Notes: generated by a model from the sequence alone, not told the origin. DNA of 64,000 nucleotides from an uncultured Chloroflexia bacterium (GCA_963746845.1 CAVVCZ010000004.1:1056001-1120000); one strand, 5' to 3'. Shown: positions 12,634-25,750, numbered from the stretch's first letter. Numbers and translations: made by a program.

Positions 12634-14133
12634 TCAGTCCGGGCAGGGCATCTCCGCGCCGGCCATCGGGCGCCAGCGGAGGTTCGGCTGGCGTGCGGCG
12701 GTCGCCTCGTCGAGGCGTCCGACCGGGGCGGTGTGCGGGGCGCTCGTCACGACGTCCGGATCGGATTCCGCCTCGTGCGCGATCTCGATCAGGGCGTCCG
12801 CGAACGCGTCGAGGGTCTCGACCGACTCGGTCTCGGTCGGCTCGATCAGCATCCCCTCCTCGACCGTGAGGGGGAAGTAGATCGTCGGCGGGTGATAGCC
12901 CTTGTCGATCAGCCGCTTCGCGATGTCGAGCGTCCGGACGCCGGTCCGCTTCTTGATGCCGGCGGCCGAGGCCACGAACTCGTGCTTGCACGCTCGGTCG
13001 AACGGGATGTCGTAGGCCTCGCCGACCCTTCGGCGCAGGTAGTTCGCCGCGAGGACCGCGTCGTCGCTCACCTGGCGGAGACCCGATCCGCCGTGGGCGC
13101 AGATGTATGTGTACGCGCGCACGAGGACCCCGGTGTTGCCGACGAAGCTGCGCAGCCGGCCGATCGAGGTCGGGCGCTCGTCGATCCGCTCGAGGCGGAA
13201 CGTGCCGTCCGCCTCGCGCAGGACCCGCGGTGACGGCAGGAACGGCAGGAGCGTCTCCCCCACCCCGACCGGGCCGGCTCCCGGACCGCCGCCGCCGTGC
13301 GGCGTCGAGAACGTCTTGTGGACGTTGAAGTGCATGACGTCGAAGCCGGCCTCGCCCGGCTTGAACCGGCCGAGGATCGCGTTCAGGTTCGCGCCGTCCA
13401 TGTAGGCCAGGGCGCCCGCGCGATGGACGAGATCGAGGAGCTCACCGATCCGCTTCTCGAACAGGCCGAGGGTCGACGGGTTCGTGATCATCACTGCGGC
13501 GGTCCGCGGGCCGAGCGCGGCGCGGAACGCGTCGAGATCGACGCCGCCGTCGGCGGCCGACGGGATCGTGATCGTCCGGAAGCCGGCCATCGACGCCGTC
13601 GCGGGGTTCGTGCCGTGCGAGCTGTCCGGGACGAGGATCTCGTCCCGGACGGCCTCACCGCGGTTCCGGTGGTACGCGCGGATCATCAGGATGCCCGTCA
13701 GCTCGCCCTGGGCGCCTGCGGCCGGCTGCAGCGTGACCGCGCGCATCCCGCTGATCTCGGCCAGCGCGGCCTCCAGCTCCCACAGCAGCTGGAGCGTCCC
13801 CTGGGCGATCGAATTGGGTGAGAGCGGGTGGAGCGACGCGAAGCCGGGCAGTCGGGCGGCCCACTCGTTCAGCTTCGGGTTGAACTTCATCGTGCACGAC
13901 CCGAGCGGGTAGAAGCCCGTGTCGATCGCGTAGTTCAGGTGGGACAGGTTGACGTAGTGCCGGACGACCTCCGGCTCGTTCAACTCGGGCAGCGCCGGCG
14001 GCGTGACTCGCCGGGCGGCCGCCGGGATCCGGTCGAGCGCGTCCTTCGGCGGGTGCGGGATCTTGCCCTCGCCACGCCCCGGGCGCGACCGCTCGAACAG
14101 CGTCGGCTGGAGCTTCTCGCCGACGACCGTCAT
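12634..14133 (-). CDS. gcvPB: Glycine dehydrogenase subunit 2
   Basis: YPLGSCTMKFNPK, HGTNPATA, PLP-lysine motif HFNVHKTFSTPHGGGGPG. Confidence 0.96.
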   Translation of the reverse strand: MTVVGEKLQPTLFERSRPGRGEGKIPHPPKDALDRIPAAARRVTPPALPELNEPEVVRHYVNLSHLNYAIDTGFYPLGSCTMKFNPKLNEWAARLPGFASLHPLSPNSIAQGTLQLLWELEAALAEISGMRAVTLQPAAGAQGELTGILMIRAYHRNRGEAVRDEILVPDSSHGTNPATASMAGFRTITIPSAADGGVDLDAFRAALGPRTAAVMITNPSTLGLFEKRIGELLDLVHRAGALAYMDGANLNAILGRFKPGEAGFDVMHFNVHKTFSTPHGGGGPGAGPVGVGETLLPFLPSPRVLREADGTFRLERIDERPTSIGRLRSFVGNTGVLVRAYTYICAHGGSGLRQVSDDAVLAANYLRRRVGEAYDIPFDRACKHEFVASAAGIKKRTGVRTLDIAKRLIDKGYHPPTIYFPLTVEEGMLIEPTETESVETLDAFADALIEIAHEAESDPDVVTSAPHTAPVGRLDEATAARQPNLRWRPMAGAEMPCPD

Positions 14134-15512
14134 CGGGCCGCCTCCACCGACACCCCGCCGGCGAGCTCGGCCGACAGGGCCGATGCGAACCGCGCGATCT
14201 CGTCGTCGGTCGTGACCTCGGTCGCGCACACGAGCAGCGCGTCGGCGAGGGATGGCTCGTCCGCCATGACGTCGGCCAGGACCAGCCCGGCGAGGATCCC
14301 CCGGTCGATCAGCCGCCGGTGGACGGCGGCCGCGTTCGGCACGCGGACCGCGAACTCGTTGAGGTACGGACCCGGATGGACGCGGTCCGCGCCGGCGGCC
14401 GAGAGCGCCGCCTCCAGCCGGGCCGCGCGTGCGGCCCCCTGGGCGGCAACGTCGCGAAGCCCGTGCGGGCCGATCGTCGCGAGGTAGACGCTGGCCGCGA
14501 GCGCGAGGAGCGCCTGGTTCGTGCAGATGTTGCTGGCGGCCTTGTCACGCCGGATGTCCTGCTCCCGCGCGCGAAGGGTCATCACGTAGGCGCGCTGGCC
14601 ACGGACGTCGGTCGTCATCCCGACGAGCCGGCCGGGGATCTGCCGGACGAGGGCGTCCGTCGAGGCGAGGATGCCCAGGTACGGGCCGCCGTACTGCGGC
14701 GCGATCCCGAGCGGCTGGCCCTCGCCGGCGGCGATGTCCGCCCCGTAGGCGCCGGGCGGCGCCAGGACCGCCAGCGACACGGGCTCGATCACGCTCACGA
14801 ACAGGGCGCCGGCCGCGTGGGCGATCCGGCCGATCTCGGCCATCGGCTCCAGCAGCCCGAGGAAGTTCGGTTGGGCCGCGACGACGCCCGCGACCGGGCT
14901 CCCGTCGGCGAGGAGGCGCTCGAGGGCGGCGAGGTCCGTGGTGCCCGCCCCCGGGCCGTCGGCGACCAGCGGCACGGTCTCGAGCTCCAGCCCGCCGCCG
15001 AAGTACGCCTCGAGGGTCTGCCGGTAGTGGGGATGGACGGCGCTGCTGACGAGCACCCGTTCACGGCGGGTGGCCCGGCAGGTCATCAGGGCAGCCTCGG
15101 CGGTCGCGGCCGCTCCGTCGTAGTGCGACGCGCTGACGACGTCGAGGTCGACGAGCTCGGCCAGCAGCGACTCGTACTCGTAGATGCTCTGGAGCGTGCC
15201 CTGGCTGATCTCGGGCTGGTACGGCGTGTAGGCCGTGTACCACTCCCCGCGGAGCAGGATCTGGTCGACCGCCGGCGGCGACCAGTGCCGATAGACGCCG
15301 GCCCCGAGGAACGACGCCAGGTCCGTCCGGTTGCGTCCCGCGAGGCCCTGGAGACGAGCGGCGAGCTCGAGCTCGGGCTCGGGCTCCGGCAGGTCCAGAC
15401 GGCTCGCCCGGAGCGGCTCCGGGATGTCGGCGAACAGCTCGTCGACGCTCGTCAGGCCGAGCGCCGCGAGCATGCGCTCGCGGTCGCCCGCGGTGTGGGG
15501 ACCGTAGGGCAT
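14130..15512 (-). CDS. gcvPA: Glycine dehydrogenase subunit 1
   Basis: TAYTPYQPEISQGTLQ and REQDIRRDKAASNICTNQAL. Confidence 0.96.
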   Translation of the reverse strand: MPYGPHTAGDRERMLAALGLTSVDELFADIPEPLRASRLDLPEPEPELELAARLQGLAGRNRTDLASFLGAGVYRHWSPPAVDQILLRGEWYTAYTPYQPEISQGTLQSIYEYESLLAELVDLDVVSASHYDGAAATAEAALMTCRATRRERVLVSSAVHPHYRQTLEAYFGGGLELETVPLVADGPGAGTTDLAALERLLADGSPVAGVVAAQPNFLGLLEPMAEIGRIAHAAGALFVSVIEPVSLAVLAPPGAYGADIAAGEGQPLGIAPQYGGPYLGILASTDALVRQIPGRLVGMTTDVRGQRAYVMTLRAREQDIRRDKAASNICTNQALLALAASVYLATIGPHGLRDVAAQGAARAARLEAALSAAGADRVHPGPYLNEFAVRVPNAAAVHRRLIDRGILAGLVLADVMADEPSLADALLVCATEVTTDDEIARFASALSAELAGGVSVEAAR

Positions 15513-15516
15513 CGGC

Positions 15517-15897
15517 TCAGCCGGCGGCGATCAGCGCGTCGTAGGCCGGCGCGTCGAGGAGATCGTCCACCTCACCGGGGTTCGTGAGACGGATCCGGAC
15601 CATCCAGCCCTCGCCGTACGGATCGCTGTTCACGAGCTCCGGCGACCCGGCGAGGGCGCCGTTCGCGGTCGTGACGTCGCCGGTCAGCGGGGCGAACAGG
15701 TCGCTGACGGCCTTGACCGACTCGACGACGCCGAAGGCGGCGAACTGGGTCAGGGCACGGCCGGCGTCCGGAAGCTCGACGAAGACGATGTCGCCGAGCT
15801 GGTCGGCCGCGTAGGCCGTGATCCCGACCGTCGCCTCGTCACCGTCGATGCGGACCCACTCGTGGTCCTTCGTGTAGCGCAGCTCCGCGGGGACCAT
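15517..15897 (-). CDS. gcvH: Glycine cleavage system H protein
   Basis: YTKDHEWV, lipoyl-lysine motif VESVKAVSD, VNSDPYGEGW. Confidence 0.97.
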   Translation of the reverse strand: MVPAELRYTKDHEWVRIDGDEATVGITAYAADQLGDIVFVELPDAGRALTQFAAFGVVESVKAVSDLFAPLTGDVTTANGALAGSPELVNSDPYGEGWMVRIRLTNPGEVDDLLDAPAYDALIAAG

Positions 15898-15978
15898 CCG
15901 GGCTCTCTCCTCCTCGAGCGGGCGGGATCGAACGCACCCTGGCGTGCGGTTCGGGGTCGCGGGCGGCTCGGTCTCCCG

Positions 15979-17091
15979 TCAGCCCGCCCGGCGATAGAAC
16001 GGCAGGGCGACGACCTCGGCGGGGACCCGCTGGTCGCGGATCTCGACGTCGATCATCGTACCCGGCTGCGAGTCGGCCGTGGCGACATAGCCCATCGCGA
16101 TCGGCTCGCCGAGGGTCGGCGACTGGGTGCCGCTCGTGACCACCCCGGTCGTGCGGTCGCCCACGTGCAGCGGGTAGCCGTGGCGGGCGATCCCGCGACC
16201 GCGCAGGACCAGGCCGACGAGCGACCGGTCGACACCGTCGCGGGCCACCCGCTCGAGGGCCGCCCGTCCGACGAAGTCGTCCGGCTTGTCGAGCTTCACG
16301 ACGCGTCCGAGACCGGCTTCGAACGGGTTCGTCGTCTCGTCCAGCTCGTTGCCGTAGAGCGGCATCCCCGCCTCGAGCCGGAGCGTGTCTCGGGCACCCA
16401 GCCCGATCGGCTGGAGCTCGGCACCGCCGGCCGTCATCAGCGCGTCCCAGAGCTCGACGGCCCGGGCGGTGTCCACGAAGACCTCGAACCCGTCCTCGCC
16501 GGTGTACCCGGTCCGTGCGACGAGGGCCGGGATCCCGGCGACGGTCCCCTCGGCGATCGCGTAGTAGCGGAGCGCGGCAAGGTCGACGTCCGTGAGCGGC
16601 TCGAGGATCGCGACCGACCGCGGACCCTGGATCGCCACGAGGGCGGTCGCCAGTGACCGGTCGTCGAGGACCGCCTTGAACCCGTCCAGCCGCTCGGCCA
16701 GGAGGTCGCTGACCAGCTGGGCGTTGCCCGCGTTGGCGACGACGAGAAACCGATCCTCGGCGAGCCGGTAGACGATCAGGTCGTCGAGGATGCCGCCGTC
16801 CGGGGCGACGATCATCGAGTAGTGGGCGCGGCCGTCGGCCAGTCCCGGCGGGTTCGTCACGAGGGCGTGGGCCAGCGCTGCGCCCGCCTCACCGCCCTCG
16901 ACGAACAGCTCGCCCATGTGCGACAGGTCGAACAGGCCTGCGCGCTCGCGGACGGCCCGATGCTCCTCCAGGATGCCGCGGTACTGGACCGGCATCTCCC
17001 AGCCGGCGAAGTCGATCAGGCGCGCGCCGAGGGCGACGTGCCGGGCGCGGAGGGGGGTCTCGTGGAGCGCCGCGGCGAGCGGGTCCGCCAT
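15979..17091 (-). CDS. gcvT: Glycine cleavage system aminomethyltransferase T
   Basis: FAGWEMPVQY, FDLSHMG, RTGYTGEDGFE, GLGARDTLRLEAG. Confidence 0.97.
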   Translation of the reverse strand: MADPLAAALHETPLRARHVALGARLIDFAGWEMPVQYRGILEEHRAVRERAGLFDLSHMGELFVEGGEAGAALAHALVTNPPGLADGRAHYSMIVAPDGGILDDLIVYRLAEDRFLVVANAGNAQLVSDLLAERLDGFKAVLDDRSLATALVAIQGPRSVAILEPLTDVDLAALRYYAIAEGTVAGIPALVARTGYTGEDGFEVFVDTARAVELWDALMTAGGAELQPIGLGARDTLRLEAGMPLYGNELDETTNPFEAGLGRVVKLDKPDDFVGRAALERVARDGVDRSLVGLVLRGRGIARHGYPLHVGDRTTGVVTSGTQSPTLGEPIAMGYVATADSQPGTMIDVEIRDQRVPAEVVALPFYRRAG

Positions 17092-17103
17092 GGTCCCGGC
17101 GGC

Positions 17104-17604
17104 TCAGACGCCGCCGAACGGCGCTTCTGCGGTCGGCCGGACGGCGGGCGACGAGCGCCGCTGCGCCTCCGGATCGATGACCTCCGCTGCCTTGGCGACG
17201 AGGGCGCGCTCCGTCTCGAACGTGAGGAGCGACGGGGCCTGGTCGAACCGGACCCAGCGGACCAGGTCGAACTCGTGGTCGTGCCCCGAGAGATCGCCGC
17301 CGGTCGGCTCCATCAGGAAGTAGTGGACGGTCTTGTGGATCCGGGTCCCGCGCTGGACAAACCAGTAATCGATCGAGTCGAGGACGTCCGTGATCCGGAC
17401 CTCCAGGCCCGTCTCCTCGGCGACCTCGCGCAGGGCCGTCTGCTCGCGGGTCTCGCCCTCGTTCGGCGTGCCCTTCGGGAGCGTCCAGGTCAGGACGTCG
17501 CGGTCGCGTCGGCGCCCGCCCACGACGAGTGAGGGAATTCCGTCGTCGAAGCGGACGACGATGCCGCCGGCCGAAGTGGCGGTCCCGGTCCTCAGCCGCG
17601 CCAC
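17104..17604 (-). CDS. Nudix hydrolase
   Basis: Nudix box LPKG...GET..QTALREVAEETG and HKTVHYFLM. Confidence 0.9.
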   Translation of the reverse strand: MARLRTGTATSAGGIVVRFDDGIPSLVVGGRRRDRDVLTWTLPKGTPNEGETREQTALREVAEETGLEVRITDVLDSIDYWFVQRGTRIHKTVHYFLMEPTGGDLSGHDHEFDLVRWVRFDQAPSLLTFETERALVAKAAEVIDPEAQRRSSPAVRPTAEAPFGGV

Positions 17605-17915
17605 GGCGCCGTGGCGGCGCTGGAACGGCGCGTCGAGCCCGAGGCGATGGACCCCGTCCAGCGGTAGGCGACCGCGGGTCGCGGACGTCCGTCCGGCACG
17701 CGGCGCGGCCGGGCCGTGGTGGCGGTCCGTCCCTCGCCGCGGAGCTGGGCGAGCAGGCCCTCGTCGGGGCGACGGAGGATCGTCAGTCGGGTGGAGGCGG
17801 CGTGGAACGAGCCCTCGCCGTGAAGCCCCAGCCGGCGCTCACGCGCGGCGGCCGATGGCCGGACGAACTGCGCGGCAGGGCGGGCCGCATAGCGTGCGGC
17901 GATGCTTCGCTCCAT
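17592..17915 (-). CDS. Small Arg-rich hypothetical protein, first gene of the Nudix-gcv operon
   Basis: ATG (MERSIAARY...) lies 8 nt after a TACCAT -10 box; stop overlaps the Nudix start. Confidence 0.5.
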   Translation of the reverse strand: MERSIAARYAARPAAQFVRPSAAARERRLGLHGEGSFHAASTRLTILRRPDEGLLAQLRGEGRTATTARPRRVPDGRPRPAVAYRWTGSIASGSTRRSSAATAPWRG

Positions 17916-17923
17916 GGGCGGCA

Positions 17924-17951
17924 ATGGTAGCGCGTCAGTCCGGCGTTGCAA
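17924..17951 (-). promoter_or_regulatory. Sigma70-type promoter of the small ORF-Nudix-gcv operon
   Basis: TTGCAA-N16-TACCAT on the minus strand. Confidence 0.5.
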
Positions 17952-18984
17952 GCGCCGGATGTGTGACCGCGAGGAGCCCCGCGGCGGCTTCCGGTGTCAG
18001 GGTGCGCCGCCGTTGCGCGATCGCGATCTCCCGCTCCGCGAGACGCGCATACAACGCCGCGACGTCCGGCGCCCGGGCGTCCAGCTCGGCAAGGTGGGCG
18101 ACGAGCGTGCCCCGGTCGCCACGGGTGGCCGGGCCCGTCAGGGCCGCGTCGATCCCGAGGGCCCGCGCGTTGGCCAGCGTCTGCTCGATCAGGGGGCCGT
18201 AGATCGCGAGGCTGCCGGCCTCGTCCAGCCCGGCGAGCCGGCCGAGCTCCGCGATCGCGTCCAGGAGGGCATCGAACCCGCCGGCCGCGAGGACGGCGGC
18301 CGCGTGATAGGCCGGCTTCGATCCCGGCGCCAGCCGGACCGGTGTCGCGCCGATCGCCTCGGCCATCCGGGCGAGCAGGTCGAGGAGCTGGTCGTCGCCC
18401 TCGATCGCGACCGTGGCTCCCTGGAGCGCGGCCACCGCCCGGTCGAGGTCGGCGAACGCCACGAGGGGATGGAACGAGCCGACCTGCGTACCGGCCGCCA
18501 TGGCCGCCGCGAGGGCATCCGCTCCGAGCAGGCCGCTCGTGTGGATCATCGCCTGGCCGCCGTACATGTGGAGGCCGCCGGCGACCCCGCGGATCGCATC
18601 GTCCGGAACGGCCAGGATGATCAGCTCGACCTCCTCGACGAGCGGCGTCGCATCGGCGAAGACCCGGACGCCCGGGACGAGACTCCGGAAGCGGTCCCGG
18701 CGTGCCGCATCGCGGCTTGCGACGGCGTGGATCGGCCAGCCGGCACGGTCCAGCGCCACGCCCAGGGCGGTCCCGACCGCGCCCGCCCCGACGATCCCGA
18801 TGACCGGCGGCTCGCCGGGCGAGCTCTGCTGATGCGGGTGGCGATGGGGCGTCGTGTCGTCGTGGTCCGGATCGTCGACGTTCGTGCCGGTCGGGTCCAG
18901 GTCGATGCCCGCCTCCTCGATCGCCCGGAGGGTCTCGTCGCGATCGCCGTCCGGTCCGGCGGCACGGCCGCCCCACGCCTTCAT
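17935..18984 (-). CDS. Rossmann-like/DUF2520 oxidoreductase (PanG-like)
   Basis: IGIVGAGAVG, LAVPDD, HTSG, FHPL, YHAAAV, ALTGPATRGD; start codon uncertain. Confidence 0.85.
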   Translation of the reverse strand: MKAWGGRAAGPDGDRDETLRAIEEAGIDLDPTGTNVDDPDHDDTTPHRHPHQQSSPGEPPVIGIVGAGAVGTALGVALDRAGWPIHAVASRDAARRDRFRSLVPGVRVFADATPLVEEVELIILAVPDDAIRGVAGGLHMYGGQAMIHTSGLLGADALAAAMAAGTQVGSFHPLVAFADLDRAVAALQGATVAIEGDDQLLDLLARMAEAIGATPVRLAPGSKPAYHAAAVLAAGGFDALLDAIAELGRLAGLDEAGSLAIYGPLIEQTLANARALGIDAALTGPATRGDRGTLVAHLAELDARAPDVAALYARLAEREIAIAQRRRTLTPEAAAGLLAVTHPALATPD

Positions 18985-19066
18985 CCGGGGCGATCGCGGC
19001 GGCCGACGGGTGGTCGGCGGTACTCTTCCACGCAGCGAGTGTACCGACCGAACCGACGGAGGATCC

Positions 19067-21925
<2,859 letters not shown>

Positions 21926-21988
21926 GCTTCTGAACGACGGACGCCGCCGTCGTGTATCCCTGTCGAGCCTGCCCCGCCCGAGGAGCGC

Positions 21989-23002
21989 ATCACGGACACC
22001 ACGACGGACACCGACCGCGCGCAGGCCGCCGCCGAGGAACCCTCGGCCCCGACCGCCGTCCGCGACGCGCGCCGCCTCCGGGACGACCTGCTGGCGGCCG
22101 TCGGTCGCGCGGTCGTCGGCGCCGATGACCCCGTTCGCCTCGTCCTGACCGCCCTGCTCGCCGACGGCCACGTTCTCGTGGAGGACGTTCCCGGGACGGG
22201 CAAGACGCTCCTCGCCCGGGCCGTGGCGCGGGCGCTGGACCTTCGGACGAACCGGATCCAGGGCACGCCCGACCTGCTCCCGGTCGACATCACCGGCTCC
22301 AGCCTGTACGAGGGCGGGTCGCTCCGGTTCGCGCCGGGCCCGGTGTTCACGAACGTCCTGCTCGTCGACGAGATCAACCGGGCCACGCCGCGGACGCAGG
22401 CGGCGCTCCTCGAGGCGATGCAGGAGCGGCAGGTCTCGATCGAAGGCACGACCCGGCCCTTGCCCGAGCCGTTCATCGTCCTCGCGACCCAGAACCCGAT
22501 CGAGTTCGAGGGGACGTTCGCGCTGCCCCAGGCCCAGCTGGACCGGTTCCTCGTCCGGATCACGCTCGGCTACCCCGACGAGCGCGCAGAGCGGTCGATC
22601 GCGCGGCGCCACCAGGCGGCCGCCGAGCCGCTCGACGCGATCAAGCCGGTCGCGGACGCGGCCCGGATCCTGGCCCTTCGTGACGAGGTCCGTGGCGTCC
22701 GTGTCGCCGAGGAGGTCGAGGCGTACCTGGTCGCGCTCGTCCGGGCGACCCGGACCCACCCGGACCTCCAGCTCGGGGCCAGCCCGCGGTCGACGGTCGC
22801 GCTGTACCGCGCCGCCCAGGCCACCGCACTCCTCGCCGGACGTTCGTTCGTGCTGCCCGACGACGTGAAGACGATCGCCAGGCCCGTACTCGCCCACCGG
22901 CTCGTCGTCGACATCGACCGGAGCCTCCGCGGCGCGTCCGCCGACGCCGCGCTGACGGCGATCCTCGCCGAGGTCCCCGTGCCGCCGGTGACGGCCGGCT
23001 GA
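21989..23002 (+). CDS. MoxR family AAA+ ATPase (inferred ATC start)
   Basis: EDVPGTGKT, DEINRATPRTQAALLEAMQE, ATQNPIE; homology continues in frame upstream of GTG 22178 to an ATC behind GAGGAG. Confidence 0.88.
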   Translation: MTDTTTDTDRAQAAAEEPSAPTAVRDARRLRDDLLAAVGRAVVGADDPVRLVLTALLADGHVLVEDVPGTGKTLLARAVARALDLRTNRIQGTPDLLPVDITGSSLYEGGSLRFAPGPVFTNVLLVDEINRATPRTQAALLEAMQERQVSIEGTTRPLPEPFIVLATQNPIEFEGTFALPQAQLDRFLVRITLGYPDERAERSIARRHQAAAEPLDAIKPVADAARILALRDEVRGVRVAEEVEAYLVALVRATRTHPDLQLGASPRSTVALYRAAQATALLAGRSFVLPDDVKTIARPVLAHRLVVDIDRSLRGASADAALTAILAEVPVPPVTAG

Positions 23003-23018
23003 TCCGCGAGCCAACGCG

Positions 23019-24266
23019 ATGACCGGCACGGCCTTCCTCGCGATCCTCCTCCTCCTGGCCGGAGTCGTGACCGCCGTCCCGGTGGCCGTGATCCTCGCGA
23101 TCGTGATCCTGCTCCTCGAGGTCGTCCGCGGGATCTGGGCGGCGAACGGGTTCCGGGGCCTGCGCTACGCCCGGACCCTCGCCCGCCATCGGATGACGTG
23201 GGGCGAGGAGATCCCGGCGACGATCGAGGTCTGGAACCGGAAGGGCCTGCCGCTGGCCTGGCTGACCGCGGCGGACGCGGCGAGCCCGGGGGTCACCGTC
23301 CGCGAGCGGCCGCTCGTGATCGGCGACGAGGGCAACCGGGTGCTCCGGAACGCCTGGACGCTCGCGCCGTTCGAGCGCGTGACACGCCACTTCCACCTCG
23401 GGGCGGTCCGGCGCGGCTCCTACGAGATCGGCCCGGTCGATCTCGTCGTGGGCGACCTGTTCGCGCGAGAGGCGGCCGCGGAGCGTCGCCCGGACGTCGA
23501 CCGGTTCCTCGTCCGGCCGCGGACGGTCGCCACGGACGTCCTCCAGCGGCGCGATCGCTGGGGCGGGGTCGACCGGGCGCTCGCCGGGCTGAGCGAGGAT
23601 CCGTCGCGCTTCGCGGGCGTGCGCGAGTACGCGCCCGGCGATCCGGTCCGGCGGGTCCATCCGCGGGCGAGCGCCCGGCTCGGCCGGCCGGTCGTCAAGA
23701 TCTTCGAGCCGTCGCGCGACCGCGAGGTCCTGATCGCGCTCGACGTCCAGACGCACACCGGGCCGATCTGGGACACGACCGTCGACGAGGACCGGGTCGA
23801 GTCCCTGTTCGTCGTCGCCGCGTCGATCGCCCGGTCGCTCGCCGGTGAGCGAGCGGCGTTCGGGCTCGCAGCCGCGGGATACCACGGGGCGGAGAGCCGG
23901 TTCGCGATCGTCGCCCCGTCCGAGGCGCCCGGCCAGATCGAGCGGATCCTGGATCTCCTGGCGCGGCTCTCGTCGCACCCGTCGGCCGAGTTCGACCGCC
24001 TGATCGCCGCGGTCGTCCGGACGATCCGGCCCGGGACGACGGTCGTGGTGATCACGGCGCGCGATCCCGGCTCGTACCTGTCGCACCTGCGCCGGCTCGA
24101 GCGGGCCGGGTGCCCCGTGGTCGTCGTCGCGTGCGGCCCGGATGCCGAGGGCGACGCCGCGCGCGCCCGGGTGACCGGTCTCGCCGCGCGCGTGGCCCGG
24201 CTTGACGGGCCGTGGCAGACGGCGGAGCGGCTCTCGATCGCCAGGCCGATGGCGGCGGCCCGGTGA
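23019..24266 (+). CDS. DUF58 domain protein (MoxR partner)
   Basis: N-terminal TM segments, RRG.Y.IGP, FAGVREYAPGDPVRRVH..ASAR. Confidence 0.88.
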   Translation: MTGTAFLAILLLLAGVVTAVPVAVILAIVILLLEVVRGIWAANGFRGLRYARTLARHRMTWGEEIPATIEVWNRKGLPLAWLTAADAASPGVTVRERPLVIGDEGNRVLRNAWTLAPFERVTRHFHLGAVRRGSYEIGPVDLVVGDLFAREAAAERRPDVDRFLVRPRTVATDVLQRRDRWGGVDRALAGLSEDPSRFAGVREYAPGDPVRRVHPRASARLGRPVVKIFEPSRDREVLIALDVQTHTGPIWDTTVDEDRVESLFVVAASIARSLAGERAAFGLAAAGYHGAESRFAIVAPSEAPGQIERILDLLARLSSHPSAEFDRLIAAVVRTIRPGTTVVVITARDPGSYLSHLRRLERAGCPVVVVACGPDAEGDAARARVTGLAARVARLDGPWQTAERLSIARPMAAAR

Positions 24267-25729
24267 CCGCGAACGACCGGTCCCGACGCGCGCTGACCCG
24301 GATCGTGGAGCTCGTCCCGGTCGGGCTCGTGATCATCGCCGAGGCGGCCTGGATCTCCGTCCTCGGGGGCCTGATCCAGGAGTTCACGCTGCACGACCCG
24401 CAGCTCGGGATCCCGCAGCTCGCGCTCGTCGTGGCGAGCGGGGCGGTCGTCGCTCACACGATCGGACCCCGCCTCGGGCGTCGCTGGCCCCCCGTCGCCC
24501 TCGTGCTCGTCGTCGTCGCAGGCGTCCTCGGGATGCTCGCGTCCGGCGCGTCGCGGGCCAGCCTGTCCGCAGGGATCGGACCGGCGCTCGCCGCCCATCC
24601 CGGTGGCATCCTCGCGGGACTCGCCCTCCTGCGCGGGTTCGCCCACGCCCGGCTGCCCCTCGCCGAGGGCACGCTGACCCGCCTGCTGGCGCTCGGGGCG
24701 CCCGGGCTCGCGTTCGCCGCTCTCCTCGGCGGGCTGATCGCCGAGCCGTACCGATCGTGGTTCCTCGCCGACACCCTCGTGGCGTCGATCGTCTTCGTCG
24801 GCTCGACGGTCCTGGCGCTCGCGTTCGCCCGGCTCGGGGCGATCGGGGACGATCGCGGGATCGACTGGCGCCGCAACCCGGCGTGGCTCGGGCTCACCCT
24901 GCTCCTGCTGATCGCGGCGATCGCCGCGGCCCTCCCCCTGGCCGCGGTTGCCGGCACCGCGATCCCGATCCTCGTCGGTCTCGCGTTCGGCCCCCTGATG
25001 ATCCTGGGCCTCGCCGCCGGCCTGGACCGGACCGGACGCCGGGTCCTGATCGCCCTCGGCGTCATCGTCGTGATCATCTACGTGCGGTCGCTCCTCGGCG
25101 GGGTTGGCGTGCCGCTGCCGGGGCAACCGCCGGCCGGGGGGGTGGCCGACGCGGCCAACCCGGACGCCGATCGGATGATGACGATCGGTGTCGGCGGCCT
25201 CCTGATCCTCGCAGGCGTCGCGGCCGTCCTCCTCCTCGTGGCGCTGTGGATGCGCCGGACGCACGTCGACGAGGACGACGACCTCGAGGAGACGCGGGTC
25301 GTCGATCGCGGCACGACGGATGACGGCTCGGAGCCCCGGCACCGGCGGCGGTTCGGGCGGCGGCCCGATCCCGTGGGGGCGGTCGCCGCGTATGTCACGC
25401 TGCTCGCGGATCTCGACAAGCACCCGTTCCTGCGGCGCGAAGCGGGCGAGACCCCGGCCGAGCACGCGGCCCGCCTGCGCGAGGCGGGCACGGCGGCCCT
25501 GCCCCTCGACCTGCTCGCCGCCGACTACGCCCTCGTCCGGGACGGCGGCCTCAGGCTGACGGCCGGCGAGGAACGACGGGCGGTCGAGCGCTGGCGGTCG
25601 CTCCGGCGGAGCCTGCCGCGCTGGGCCCGCGAGCACGCCGCGGTCACGGGCGCGATCGGGACAGACACGGTCGTGCCGCGCGCGGTCGAGCCGACAGAGG
25701 GCAGCCGGACGGGCGTGCGCGCGGGCTGA
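24263..25729 (+). CDS. Polytopic membrane protein with a probable C-terminal DUF4129 domain
   Basis: Many TM segments, then AY...LADL...R..GETPAEHAARL...Y..VR.G; GTGA overlap with the DUF58 gene. Confidence 0.72.
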   Translation: MTANDRSRRALTRIVELVPVGLVIIAEAAWISVLGGLIQEFTLHDPQLGIPQLALVVASGAVVAHTIGPRLGRRWPPVALVLVVVAGVLGMLASGASRASLSAGIGPALAAHPGGILAGLALLRGFAHARLPLAEGTLTRLLALGAPGLAFAALLGGLIAEPYRSWFLADTLVASIVFVGSTVLALAFARLGAIGDDRGIDWRRNPAWLGLTLLLLIAAIAAALPLAAVAGTAIPILVGLAFGPLMILGLAAGLDRTGRRVLIALGVIVVIIYVRSLLGGVGVPLPGQPPAGGVADAANPDADRMMTIGVGGLLILAGVAAVLLLVALWMRRTHVDEDDDLEETRVVDRGTTDDGSEPRHRRRFGRRPDPVGAVAAYVTLLADLDKHPFLRREAGETPAEHAARLREAGTAALPLDLLAADYALVRDGGLRLTAGEERRAVERWRSLRRSLPRWAREHAAVTGAIGTDTVVPRAVEPTEGSRTGVRAG

Positions 25730-25750
25730 CGCGGAACGGACGGGAAGGGA

